DNA of 64,000 nt from a virus. Taxonomy: Duplodnaviria; Caudoviricetes. Under the pieces are notes generated by a model. The model was not told where the DNA came from and did no database searches. It worked only from the letters and a program-made list of their open reading frames with translations. Position numbers and translations under genes: made by a program. Shown here in pieces: positions 55,701 through 64,000 of the stretch. Within the stretch, counting starts at the first letter, position 1; each line of letters opens with the position of its first letter. The DNA is taken from the IMG/VR virus record IMGVR_UViG_3300033067_002502, positions 64,001 to 128,000 of that record; one strand, 5' to 3'.

Positions 55701-57277
55701 ATTTTGGAATTTCTTGGAATAGAAGATTTGAACCAGTTACTCCTGTTATAAAGTTTTTTTATTCAACAAAGTATGATACTTATTTTGCCGGTACTAATAG
55801 AGGAATACTGTTTGGCAGAGGAGGATCTGCTGGCGGCTTTAGCATTTGGACAGAAATAACTGGAACAGAAAATGCTAAAATTATAAGAGATATAGCTGAA
55901 GATCAAAATGGGGAAATTTTTTGCAGTAGCGATCTTGGTGTTTATAAATTAAGAAGGGATATAGGACAGGGATCTTTTATCTTCCAACAAACTCCTATTT
56001 TGGGACCGAGAAGTACTGAGTCTTATTCAATTCTTTTAGATAGTAATCGTGGAAGATTAATTACGAGCAACGAACTTGGCATATTTGAAAGCCATAATAG
56101 TGGGGTTCTTTGGTCTTTTAGCCAAGAATTCCCTGAGCAAAGGCCTATTCATTCTTTTGTTGAAAAGAATGGCTTTATTTATGCAATAACTGATTATATG
56201 TTATGGAGAAGAGGTCCGTCTGATTCTTCTTTTGAAAGAATTGGAGTAATAGAATCTTCTATTATGGCAAGAAAAATTTCTATATGGAATAATAGGATTT
56301 ATATTTCTTCGGACAAAGGGCTTTTTGTAACTAATAGTTCTAATAATATTTTTTCTGATACAAGCGTTTCTTTTGAATTAGCTTTTTCTGGATTTAAAAT
56401 AAATTCAACAGCATTACCTGCAACTTCATTAAATGTAATAGATAATAAATTATTTGTTGGTTCTGAAGATAGATTATTTTTATCTAATAGTCCTGGTAAA
56501 ATATCTTTACATAGTGAATTTAGAAGCGTTGTTATTCCTACTATTTACATAAATGGAGAAATACAGTATATTGGTTATAGATTTACAACTAGTTTAGATA
56601 GATTGAGAAAATATGTATGTTTTGATGTTAAACAAAAGTTTGGGAATGTTGTTACTATTGCTAATCAGTATAAAAAGTTTAAAATAAAAAACGGAGGATG
56701 GGCAGATGCTAATTATCTTTCTTCTGTTTCTTTATTTGTTGATGGAATAAAAATGAATTCAATGAGTCTTTCTGAAAAACCAGCTCAAGAAGTATCTCAA
56801 ATTATTCTTCCTTCTTATTCGGATCGAAACGCTCATAAATCTGGAGCAGATCTTGCTAAGACAAAATTTGAGATTTCAAAAAGCAATCTTCTTGAAGTAG
56901 AAAGGAATGATGCTGGTCAAATTTCTAAATTAAAAGGATTTTCAAAGGACAATGTAGTTTCTACTTTGTATGGAATTGAGAGATTCCTTTCGCAATTGTA
57001 TGAAACAGCGAGAGTTATTGAAATTACAGATGAACAGGGGAAGGTATCCGAAATACCTTTTAAAATTCCAGATTTTAGAGTTATTTTATTAACTCCAGAA
57101 TCAAATAAAAATGCTATAAAAATTAGTAATTTTGGCTCATATAAAAGCTGGTCAAGTAATCAAAATAATTCTCAATCGTCCGTAATAGGACATTTTGGAA
57201 GCGAATTAACTTCTGACGGGAACGTTCCTGTAGAGTTAATTGGAGGATTAGGCGATTTAGGTTCTATGGGTGGTTGA
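52754..57277 (+). CDS. Fibre/appendage protein with an FN3 array and a BNR-type propeller; paralog of 25498-29040
   Basis: TPHFGL N-terminus; FN3 signatures YEVYRS...DTGL...YYYKIKSYD and GYKIYRS...YIDYEV; SEDFGISW and SHNSGVLW Asp-boxes; HKH motif. Confidence 0.75.
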   Translation: MPVRTPHFGLEAFITGDIYSSSVDKRRFTIIDSNMAFISELVGQGKIKGWDLSIPSSYTLMVSSGWGMIDRSIVRTFGDFNKSLLDNSTVYVWMRNRPGVIGQISAFSNISTINYIDSTAPSNPISLSIVSKSTDSINIQWSSSSEIDFNYYEVYRSTDNISYSLINKVYLNEFTDTGLSENSIYYYKIKSYDLSENSSSFSSFLLAITDKDLSKPANPSSVKIINSKNSVHVIWNKAPYGNISNYRAYVTPVNEEKIAIDSEFVVNSSEDSADMTIKNLVNEQRYLIVLKSVSARGIESDGVSLLGIPVDTGGPLDVSEITIIDYVVESGISTNGMNISWISEIDPYSYFNGISEILIEEYRNDGTVLTSEWIPTLSGYQTRSIEVFPYKKNGQSFYKSIESRTIYYVTIRNVDSNGIKSVGKRVRHYTKNFLSPDPARFLSITDNPDKTLVFKWENSSSIFSYNLISVKKTDLSDSSDTFLFTQKNVGKSTFFSLDPSFSKENNRYTFSIICVDEFENESILSSIVYETSVLVNLPKPPQPAQQIGFAGDKQNIINWSASSSKDVKGYKIYRSLDSVSLDASAFSLLETVPANIYSYIDYEVENNSSYIYFVTTLNLYDQESLNPIDDKYINYSLITLKPTSNSLLNPPINLSSTIIGNSVQISWQPTGGQFDGYEIYKSIGNKYSFVLIATVSPSVTYYVDYLSLIYTGNVYYMVRKFKNESDLFITESSVNVTNAVYLGKVTTSSGVSSINLSNVRNISLLEDPVREETKSRINVHKHEFVDDNNDKRINLDNKLVVSDWESNDNQIYTTITDISDTTTYIVYINGEESSSFGILYSLNKDTGTLVFETKLSATGFEIDGSQVFAFSEPPSITVEFGNLEETQNIIPEKRLKSLSSSQVSVGKLKNPQINLLNHDGRLREKIEPIQISTIKIDDGYRYAPFDSNEIIGDAVVFYDIMQAAGDLDILLASTSDGIYTSEDFGISWNRRFEPVTPVIKFFYSTKYDTYFAGTNRGILFGRGGSAGGFSIWTEITGTENAKIIRDIAEDQNGEIFCSSDLGVYKLRRDIGQGSFIFQQTPILGPRSTESYSILLDSNRGRLITSNELGIFESHNSGVLWSFSQEFPEQRPIHSFVEKNGFIYAITDYMLWRRGPSDSSFERIGVIESSIMARKISIWNNRIYISSDKGLFVTNSSNNIFSDTSVSFELAFSGFKINSTALPATSLNVIDNKLFVGSEDRLFLSNSPGKISLHSEFRSVVIPTIYINGEIQYIGYRFTTSLDRLRKYVCFDVKQKFGNVVTIANQYKKFKIKNGGWADANYLSSVSLFVDGIKMNSMSLSEKPAQEVSQIILPSYSDRNAHKSGADLAKTKFEISKSNLLEVERNDAGQISKLKGFSKDNVVSTLYGIERFLSQLYETARVIEITDEQGKVSEIPFKIPDFRVILLTPESNKNAIKISNFGSYKSWSSNQNNSQSSVIGHFGSELTSDGNVPVELIGGLGDLGSMGG

Positions 57278-57297
57278 TTTTTAATTGGAGAATTATT

Positions 57298-60200
57298 GTG
57301 CCTACATCATTTTCATTATTTAATTTGAGAGATCCAGGAGATTCTGGTCATCAGTCAAATATTTCTTTGAATCCACAAGATTATGGAACTAATATTGTTA
57401 GAGATTCTTCAAGTGGGATTAATTACGGAAGACCATTGGCTAGTAATAACGCCTGGTCTGTTTCTGTTACTCAGTCACTCAAAGAGTGGAGAGGTATAAA
57501 TTTAACAATATCTATTACGAATAACTCAAACGTAGTGCAGCCAGCTCCTTTCATTAGATTGTTTTCTGGAATGTATCATAAAAATTGGACAGTTTCTCAA
57601 GTAGGAACAGCATATAGACATTCAATAAATTATATGAATCACGATTCATATGGAATGAGAAGTCAATCTGTTTCATACTCATCTCCTTCAAATCCTGCAA
57701 CAGATATAATAGGAAGTACAAATTCGATATATGGATACAATTGGTTTGCTCCTTGTTTTACTATTGACAATTTTACAGGAACTCAAAATGTATTTAATTG
57801 TCAAATGATGTCTGTTTCAACAAATTATCCATATCCATTTAAAATTTATGGAGATTTTAATCCAGTAACTCCAACTGTTGCTGGAGAGCCTTTTGATGCT
57901 CATTATGATGATTTGAAAGCGTTTTTTAGAATGGATGGAAATGTAAATGTTCCAGGAAGAGGGATTTTAGATCAAGTCAATCCTCAAGAAACAAGAAGTT
58001 GGACTATTTGGTTAAGATATGAAAATTATTATAGTAATTTCTTTTTATCAGACGGCCCTCCAAATCAAAACATTATTAGATCGGGAACTCCTACTTATAG
58101 AAAAATTGCAGCCCTTAGATCTTATGAACCTTATTTTGCATGGTATTGGAACGACCCAACAAGTATTGTTTCTGAATTTCCTGTAGTTCCAAGGCCTCCT
58201 ATTAATGGAGATCAAAGAGCGGGGCCTAGAGTAAGTGGAAGAGTTTATGGAATTGAATTAGCAGGAGGAGATCTTCCTACTATACCTAACAATGAAAGAA
58301 GATATTATTTATTTAGAAAATATGTACTTAATGGTACAACTATTTTTGAGAATTTAGGAGCAACAGCTCCTCAAGTTGGTCAGTCTTATATAAATCCCAA
58401 TACAGTTAGTGGGTGGAGAGAGCTTCTTGATGGAATAGTTGATGTTGCTAGTTTAAAAAATAATGGATACAAAGCTGTTCTTATTATAAATCCCGCTGGA
58501 TGGGGAAATGGTAATTCTGGTCAAAATCCTGCTTTCTTTACAAATCTTCCTCCTAATCTTAGAAACACATTATCTGAAATACAAGATTGGGAGAATTCAA
58601 CAAATACAAGTACTGATGTTCATATTAATAACGGTATTAGGATTTTATTTTCTGCTGAAAATGTTTTAAATAAAGTAAATCTTGGTGATTTTAATGATGC
58701 TGCTATTGATTTTAATAGTGAAAATCCTTTGCATAATGAATTTGAAACTAATAATTTCAACGAAGGAGGTTTGCGAAATTTTAGCGGTATTTCTCTTTTT
58801 GGAATTCCCGATGGACTTACTAAGCCTATAATAGATAATTATTTTGAAAATTGGAGAACCAATTATAGAGGATCAACCCTTTCTAGTGGTTTTAGAGTAG
58901 AGAACAAATTAATTTCTTATATGTTTCCTGGCTATCTTGATAGAGATGAATTTTTAAAAGCAACAAATTATTCAGGATCTGGGTCTGGTTGGATAGGAGG
59001 AAGAGACTGGTTTTTAGACTTGTTAACTTCAGGAACAGATCCTTGGGTTTATTGTCCAATTAAAAAATGGAAAGCAGAGTTAATTGGTACGCCTGGAATA
59101 TCTACAATATTAGATGTTGAATCTGCATATGATAAGTATGTTCAAAAAATAGAGTCAGAGCATCAAGCTGTTGCAGTTACTATAGGCAGAATAGTTAGGA
59201 ATAGTTGCCTGTTTCCTAAAAGACTTAATTGGAAAGAAAAATATGAAACATATACAAGTATAGTTGGAGGATTTGGAGGAGTTTGTACTTATCCAGATCC
59301 TGCTTTAGGAGTAACCTCTTGTACAAATTTTGAGATTCATACTCGATATTCAACAGGAATTCCCTCAAGTTTAAATTACAATATGATTGGACTTTATCAG
59401 GCTACTACTTTCGTTGATTATACAACAGATCCTTGTGGGCAGAATTTTAGATTTAGAGGACATAGTTGGATTCCTTTTTTAGGACAATCTAATGAGCCTG
59501 GAGGAAAGTCTGGAGATTGTCTTTTTTGGCTATATGATACAGATACAACAAATCCTAATAGCAAGCTTAGTAAGGCTTTAAAAACTATACAAGATAACAT
59601 AAATGGAGTATATGATGGAGGTAGACTTCAAATCCCTAATAATTACCAAGGAGGTATTTGGCTAAATTGGGAGCCAACAGCAATGGTTGCTTTTGATTCT
59701 TCTCATCCTCCTAGAGTTGATGGATCTTCTACTTTGGGAGGAAACGGTATTCCTAGGAAGTTAAATTTTGTATGTTCAGATAGAGACTCTAATGGAAACC
59801 TTTATAGATATATTGCAAAAGATTCAACAGATCCAACAATCGAAACTTGTACTACTTCGAAAAGAACAATTTTGTCTACAAGTGGAATTGCTGTTGATCC
59901 AGATAGAGAAATTGGAGTTTCTATTGGTGATAGCTTGGTTATGTATTATAAAAATCAAGCGTATCAGTGTAATCCATCAAATGCCTCATCAGTTTCTCCT
60001 AATGTATATCCGAATGAAACTGTAAAAATAAGATCTTTAGATGGTACTGTTTTTAATAGATCTTTAAGGGATTGGTGGGCTTTGGTTTTGAGTACCAATG
60101 AACCTGGCTGGGATTCTGCATTTCCAAGCGATAGGCCGTTACAAGTAGGAGAAACGCAATCTTGGATAGACAAGAGAGATATTATTTTGCAAAGAAGATG

Positions 60201-63200
60201 GAGCGAAAAATGGACTATTTGGCTTAAGGCTATTTGTGCGAAAATAAAAGCAATAAGACCTGGTGTTGATAAAATTGGTCTTTACGGTTCTGTTCCTCAG
60301 TATGGGCAATGGGCCATAGATGGTTTAGATTTTGGTAAAACAGATCCAGAATCACCAGATCCAGATAGAGAATTAGAATGGAATTATTGGGGAGAATGGG
60401 CTAAGACTCTTGAATATCTAGCTCCGTCGTTGTATCTTTGGGATCCAGTTAATGATTACGATGCTCCATATTTGTATAATACGATGGCTTCTTATGGAGT
60501 AAATACAGTAAGAAGACAACAAGATCCAATCCAATCTAGACTTTTTCAACTTCTTACCATAAGGAGTTATCAAGATAAATCAAATAAAGCAGGAAATATG
60601 TTTATTCCATTTATGTGGCAAAAACACTTAAGAGATGATCAGAATCTTGTAAATCCTAATATTATGGAATTTATGAATAAGTCCATATATACATCAGGAG
60701 GAAATGGACTTATTTGGTGGGATAGTATAGGAGGGCCAGCTGATGCAAGAAATTCAATGCAATATATACAGCAGTATTGGTATCCTACGGTTAATACAAT
60801 TATTCAAGGAGATTATTCTGCATACATAACTCCAAGAATACCATCTCTTCCTTTAACTAATCAAAATCCTGTAGCAAATGCAGGTCCAGATGCTACTATA
60901 CAGATTCAAGATGATAGTAATCGCATAACATATATTTTAGACGGTTCCGGTAGCTATGATCCAGAAGGAGGTAGCCTTATTTATCAATGGATGGAAGTTC
61001 TTCCTGCAGGAAGAACTAGTAGTGTTGCTGTTTGGTTAACTGCAAATAATATAGTAAATCCTTCCGTTAGTCTTATCTCTGGTAGTAGTTCAGATCCTTT
61101 AGCAGGAACTTATACTTTTAGATTAGTTGTTACGGATGAAAGAATGGGATCTAGTATGTCTGATGATGTTGTTATTAATGTAAATCCAAAAATAAACAGA
61201 GCTCCAATTCCTTCTGCTGGGCCTAATCAACAGAAAATAATTTCAGATTATACAGGATATGTAAGCGTAACTCTAGACGGATCTTCTAGTTTGGATCCTG
61301 ATGGTAATATAACTTCTTACATTTGGAAAGAAGGTAGTACGACTATTGCAACAGGAGTAAATCCTTCGGTAAATTTTTTTAAAGGACAACATACTGTTAC
61401 TTTAACAGTTACAGATAATGGAGACTCATTTGGAAATAATGTAAGATTTGCTTCTAGTTCTGTTATTGTAGACGTAATACCAAAAGCAAATATTCCTCCA
61501 ACAGCAGAAGCTGGTACAGATCAGAACGTTACAATATCAGATAATACTGGTCATATTAATGTGTCTTTAAATGGATCATCAAGTCATGATAATGAAGATA
61601 CTGGATACAATAAACCTCTTACTTATAGTTGGACACTAAATGGCGTACAAATCTCAACAGAAGCAAGTCCTACTATTTCTTTAGTTGCTGGTATTTATGA
61701 CATACTTCTTACCGTTACAGACAGTGGAGATTTTAGTGAAAATATAAATACAAGACTAACTCACAGTGATTCTGTTCGAATTACTGTAAATCCTAAACCG
61801 AATATAGCCCCAATTGCAAACGCAGGACCAGATGATACTAAAACAATTTCAGATTATACTGGTAGTATGAATTATACTTTGGATGGCTCTTTAAGTTCAG
61901 ATCCTGATGGTTATATAACTTTATATAAATGGGATGAATCTATAGCAGGTTCTATTGTTCATTTAACACAATCAACTTCTCCTACTTCTTTAGTTAATCT
62001 TTCTGTTGGTACTCATACTATTATATTAACAGTTACAGATAATGGCGATTATGCAGGAGCAAAAAAATCAAATAGTGATACTGTTTTTGTTACAATAAAT
62101 CCATCTCCTAATCTGCCTCCAATATGCAATACAGGAAATCCTCAAACAGTTACAGACACGGATGGAGATGGTTTTGTAATTGTTACTTTGGATGGTTCTG
62201 GAAGTTATGATCCTAATCCTCATGGTTCTATAATTTCTTATTTATGGAAAGAAGGATCTACTGTTTTAGGAAGTACTTCAATTTTGTCTCATTCTTTTTC
62301 TGTTGGAACTCATACTGCAACTCTTACTGTAACAGATAATGGAGATTTTTACGGATTAGCTAATTTGAGTACAAGTAAAGATGTATATATTACCATTTTA
62401 CCAAAACCACTTAGGCTTCCTATTGCAAATGCAGGAATAGATCAAGAAGTAACAGATACAGATAATAATTTAATTGAAAACGTTCAATTAGACGGAAGAT
62501 TAACTTACGACCCAGATAATAATATTTCTTCTTATGTTTGGAAAGAAGGAGTAACAACTATTGGAACAGGGTCTTATCCTATGGTTTCTTTTTCAATAGG
62601 AACTCATACTGTAACTCTTACTGTTACGGCAAATGATTTATCGACTACAACTGACGATGTAATTATAATAGTAAATCCAATAGGAATAGATCCTCCACCT
62701 CCAAATGTTCCACCAGTTGCTAATGCAGGACCAGATCAATTAACGGTTATAGATACAGATGGAAGTGGTAGCGAAATCGTTACTCTAGATGGTTCTGGTA
62801 GTACTGATTCAGACGGAACTATTGCAAATTATCATTGGACAGAAATAATTTTAGGAACAAGAACTACTTTAGCAACAACAAGTAGTTCCTTAGTTTCTTA
62901 TAATTTTACAGTAGGAACTCACGTTGTTACTCTTGTTGTTACTGATAATAGTGGAGCCTTGAGTCAGGGAGATGATATTACTATTACAGTGAATCCCAAA
63001 CCTAATGTAGCTCCAACAGCAAATGCAGGACCAGATCAAGAAGTTACAGATACAGACGGAAGCGGTTATGAATCTGTTACTTTAGATGGTTCTGCTAGTA
63101 CCGATTCAGATGGAACTATTTCTTCTTATAGTTGGATATTGAATGAGGTTGAAATATCTACCATATCTAATCCAACAGTATCTCTTCCTGTTGGACAAAA

Positions 63201-64000
63201 CATAATTGTTTTAGTAGTTACAGATAATCAAGGCTTAATTGGATCTGATTCAGTAACTATCAATGTAAAGCAAAAAATTAATATTCCACCAGTTGCAAAT
63301 GCAGGACCAGATCAGTTAAATTTAATTGATACAGACGGAGATGGATATGTATCTGTTACTTTGGATGGTTCTGGTAGTACTGATTCAGATGGGACTATTG
63401 TGGGTTATATTTGGATGGAAGACGAATCTCTTCTTAATACAACTCCTACAGCAAGTCCGTCTATTTTTGTTTGTAATTTTGGGATAGGTATTCATCATGT
63501 AACTCTTAAGGTTGTAGACGATAACGGATCTTTTAGTTTTGATTTTGTTGATATCTATGTTTTTCCAAGAATAAATCACGCTCCTTATGCTGATGCAGGA
63601 CCGGATCAATTGAATTCAATTGTTGATACAGATGGAGGAGGAGGCGAATTTGTCACTTTAGATGGTTCTGGAAGTAATGATAATGATGATTATCCTTATG
63701 GGTACATTGCTGCATATAATTGGTCTAATAACGGGTCTTCTATAGCTTCTATAGTAAATCCTATTCCTTATATTGAGGTTGGGCAGCATTCTATTATACT
63801 TACTGTTACTGATAATGGAGGTCTTACTGCTTCTGATTCTGTTATGATAAGCGTTTCTCCAAAAGAAAATGAAATTCCTATTGCAAATGCTGGAGGAAAT
63901 CAAACAGTTACAGATACAGATGGTAATGGTTTTGTAATTGTTACTTTGGATGGTTCTGGAAGTTATGATCCTGATGGGTCAGTCGTTACTTATTCTTGGA
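57298..64000 (+). CDS. Giant protein (>2234 aa, 3'-truncated): glycoside-hydrolase-like domain(s) including a GH56/hyaluronidase-like barrel, then PKD repeats
   Basis: GTG at 57298 with SD GGAG 57287-57290; frame 1 reads open to the window end (MPTSFSLFNLRDPG...); presumably absent from the ORF track because there is no stop in the window. Confidence 0.85.
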   Translation, partial: MPTSFSLFNLRDPGDSGHQSNISLNPQDYGTNIVRDSSSGINYGRPLASNNAWSVSVTQSLKEWRGINLTISITNNSNVVQPAPFIRLFSGMYHKNWTVSQVGTAYRHSINYMNHDSYGMRSQSVSYSSPSNPATDIIGSTNSIYGYNWFAPCFTIDNFTGTQNVFNCQMMSVSTNYPYPFKIYGDFNPVTPTVAGEPFDAHYDDLKAFFRMDGNVNVPGRGILDQVNPQETRSWTIWLRYENYYSNFFLSDGPPNQNIIRSGTPTYRKIAALRSYEPYFAWYWNDPTSIVSEFPVVPRPPINGDQRAGPRVSGRVYGIELAGGDLPTIPNNERRYYLFRKYVLNGTTIFENLGATAPQVGQSYINPNTVSGWRELLDGIVDVASLKNNGYKAVLIINPAGWGNGNSGQNPAFFTNLPPNLRNTLSEIQDWENSTNTSTDVHINNGIRILFSAENVLNKVNLGDFNDAAIDFNSENPLHNEFETNNFNEGGLRNFSGISLFGIPDGLTKPIIDNYFENWRTNYRGSTLSSGFRVENKLISYMFPGYLDRDEFLKATNYSGSGSGWIGGRDWFLDLLTSGTDPWVYCPIKKWKAELIGTPGISTILDVESAYDKYVQKIESEHQAVAVTIGRIVRNSCLFPKRLNWKEKYETYTSIVGGFGGVCTYPDPALGVTSCTNFEIHTRYSTGIPSSLNYNMIGLYQATTFVDYTTDPCGQNFRFRGHSWIPFLGQSNEPGGKSGDCLFWLYDTDTTNPNSKLSKALKTIQDNINGVYDGGRLQIPNNYQGGIWLNWEPTAMVAFDSSHPPRVDGSSTLGGNGIPRKLNFVCSDRDSNGNLYRYIAKDSTDPTIETCTTSKRTILSTSGIAVDPDREIGVSIGDSLVMYYKNQAYQCNPSNASSVSPNVYPNETVKIRSLDGTVFNRSLRDWWALVLSTNEPGWDSAFPSDRPLQVGETQSWIDKRDIILQRRWSEKWTIWLKAICAKIKAIRPGVDKIGLYGSVPQYGQWAIDGLDFGKTDPESPDPDRELEWNYWGEWAKTLEYLAPSLYLWDPVNDYDAPYLYNTMASYGVNTVRRQQDPIQSRLFQLLTIRSYQDKSNKAGNMFIPFMWQKHLRDDQNLVNPNIMEFMNKSIYTSGGNGLIWWDSIGGPADARNSMQYIQQYWYPTVNTIIQGDYSAYITPRIPSLPLTNQNPVANAGPDATIQIQDDSNRITYILDGSGSYDPEGGSLIYQWMEVLPAGRTSSVAVWLTANNIVNPSVSLISGSSSDPLAGTYTFRLVVTDERMGSSMSDDVVINVNPKINRAPIPSAGPNQQKIISDYTGYVSVTLDGSSSLDPDGNITSYIWKEGSTTIATGVNPSVNFFKGQHTVTLTVTDNGDSFGNNVRFASSSVIVDVIPKANIPPTAEAGTDQNVTISDNTGHINVSLNGSSSHDNEDTGYNKPLTYSWTLNGVQISTEASPTISLVAGIYDILLTVTDSGDFSENINTRLTHSDSVRITVNPKPNIAPIANAGPDDTKTISDYTGSMNYTLDGSLSSDPDGYITLYKWDESIAGSIVHLTQSTSPTSLVNLSVGTHTIILTVTDNGDYAGAKKSNSDTVFVTINPSPNLPPICNTGNPQTVTDTDGDGFVIVTLDGSGSYDPNPHGSIISYLWKEGSTVLGSTSILSHSFSVGTHTATLTVTDNGDFYGLANLSTSKDVYITILPKPLRLPIANAGIDQEVTDTDNNLIENVQLDGRLTYDPDNNISSYVWKEGVTTIGTGSYPMVSFSIGTHTVTLTVTANDLSTTTDDVIIIVNPIGIDPPPPNVPPVANAGPDQLTVIDTDGSGSEIVTLDGSGSTDSDGTIANYHWTEIILGTRTTLATTSSSLVSYNFTVGTHVVTLVVTDNSGALSQGDDITITVNPKPNVAPTANAGPDQEVTDTDGSGYESVTLDGSASTDSDGTISSYSWILNEVEISTISNPTVSLPVGQNIIVLVVTDNQGLIGSDSVTINVKQKINIPPVANAGPDQLNLIDTDGDGYVSVTLDGSGSTDSDGTIVGYIWMEDESLLNTTPTASPSIFVCNFGIGIHHVTLKVVDDNGSFSFDFVDIYVFPRINHAPYADAGPDQLNSIVDTDGGGGEFVTLDGSGSNDNDDYPYGYIAAYNWSNNGSSIASIVNPIPYIEVGQHSIILTVTDNGGLTASDSVMISVSPKENEIPIANAGGNQTVTDTDGNGFVIVTLDGSGSYDPDGSVVTYSW
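60859..64000 (+). repeat. Array of at least 11 PKD-type Ig repeats (about 95-110 aa each)
   Basis: PxANAGPDQ...VTLDGSxSxDxDGxIxxYxW...LTVTD units starting near 60868, 61201, 61495, 61807, 62116, 62416, 62710, 63010, 63286, 63580 and 63874. Confidence 0.9.

Noticed and set aside
1435-63903. The minus-strand ORFs and short alternative-frame plus-strand ORFs in the track (e.g. 3203-3589, 16011-16367, 59768-60025, 63658-63903)
   Set aside because: They lie within or across long, motif-bearing plus-strand genes, have no convincing SD or protein motifs, and read as antisense or off-frame shadows
1-64000. Stop-codon reassignment (none of the called genes ends in TAG)
   Set aside because: Multi-kb ORFs are uninterrupted in the standard code, and TAG appears as a backup stop after true stops (5230, 14506); low TAG use is expected in an AT-rich genome
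60859-64000. Repeats as a CRISPR array or DGR template/variable repeat
   Set aside because: The units are about 300-nt in-frame PKD domains with no repeat-spacer structure, no adenine-specific mismatch pattern and no reverse transcriptase in the window

Overview
An AT-rich, densely coded, single-strand (+) stretch of a large tailed-phage (Caudoviricetes, probably jumbo) genome covering the neck, tail and tail-tip morphogenesis region. The order is: phoH, an orphan beta-class DNA methyltransferase, a large probable head protein, and a zinc-finger / coiled-coil / actin-family ATPase cluster. The actin is volactin-like and has a free-standing LAGLIDADG homing endonuclease lodged at its 5' end. 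Then come neck and tail-completion proteins, a GT4 glycosyltransferase, a two-domain tail tube with no sheath, a tail assembly chaperone with a -1 frameshift plus a paralog, a membrane 'moron', and an 894-aa tape measure. After that are about 46 kb of tail-tip/appendage proteins (1166-2746 aa for the largest) built from beta-propellers, FN3, Ig, ConA/LamG, DUF642-like and PKD domains, with a second GT4 embedded among them. The last gene (57298 to beyond the window end, >2234 aa) is missing from the ORF track. It carries a hyaluronidase (GH56)-like TIM barrel followed by at least 11 PKD repeats. The strongest candidates for new biology are a phage actin + adaptor module in the virion-assembly operon and a possible virion-glycosylation system (two GT4s with complementary degenerate motifs plus recurrent DPY/NPY peptides). 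No rRNA, tRNA or CRISPR array was seen. All family assignments are by eye from motifs; no database searches were run.
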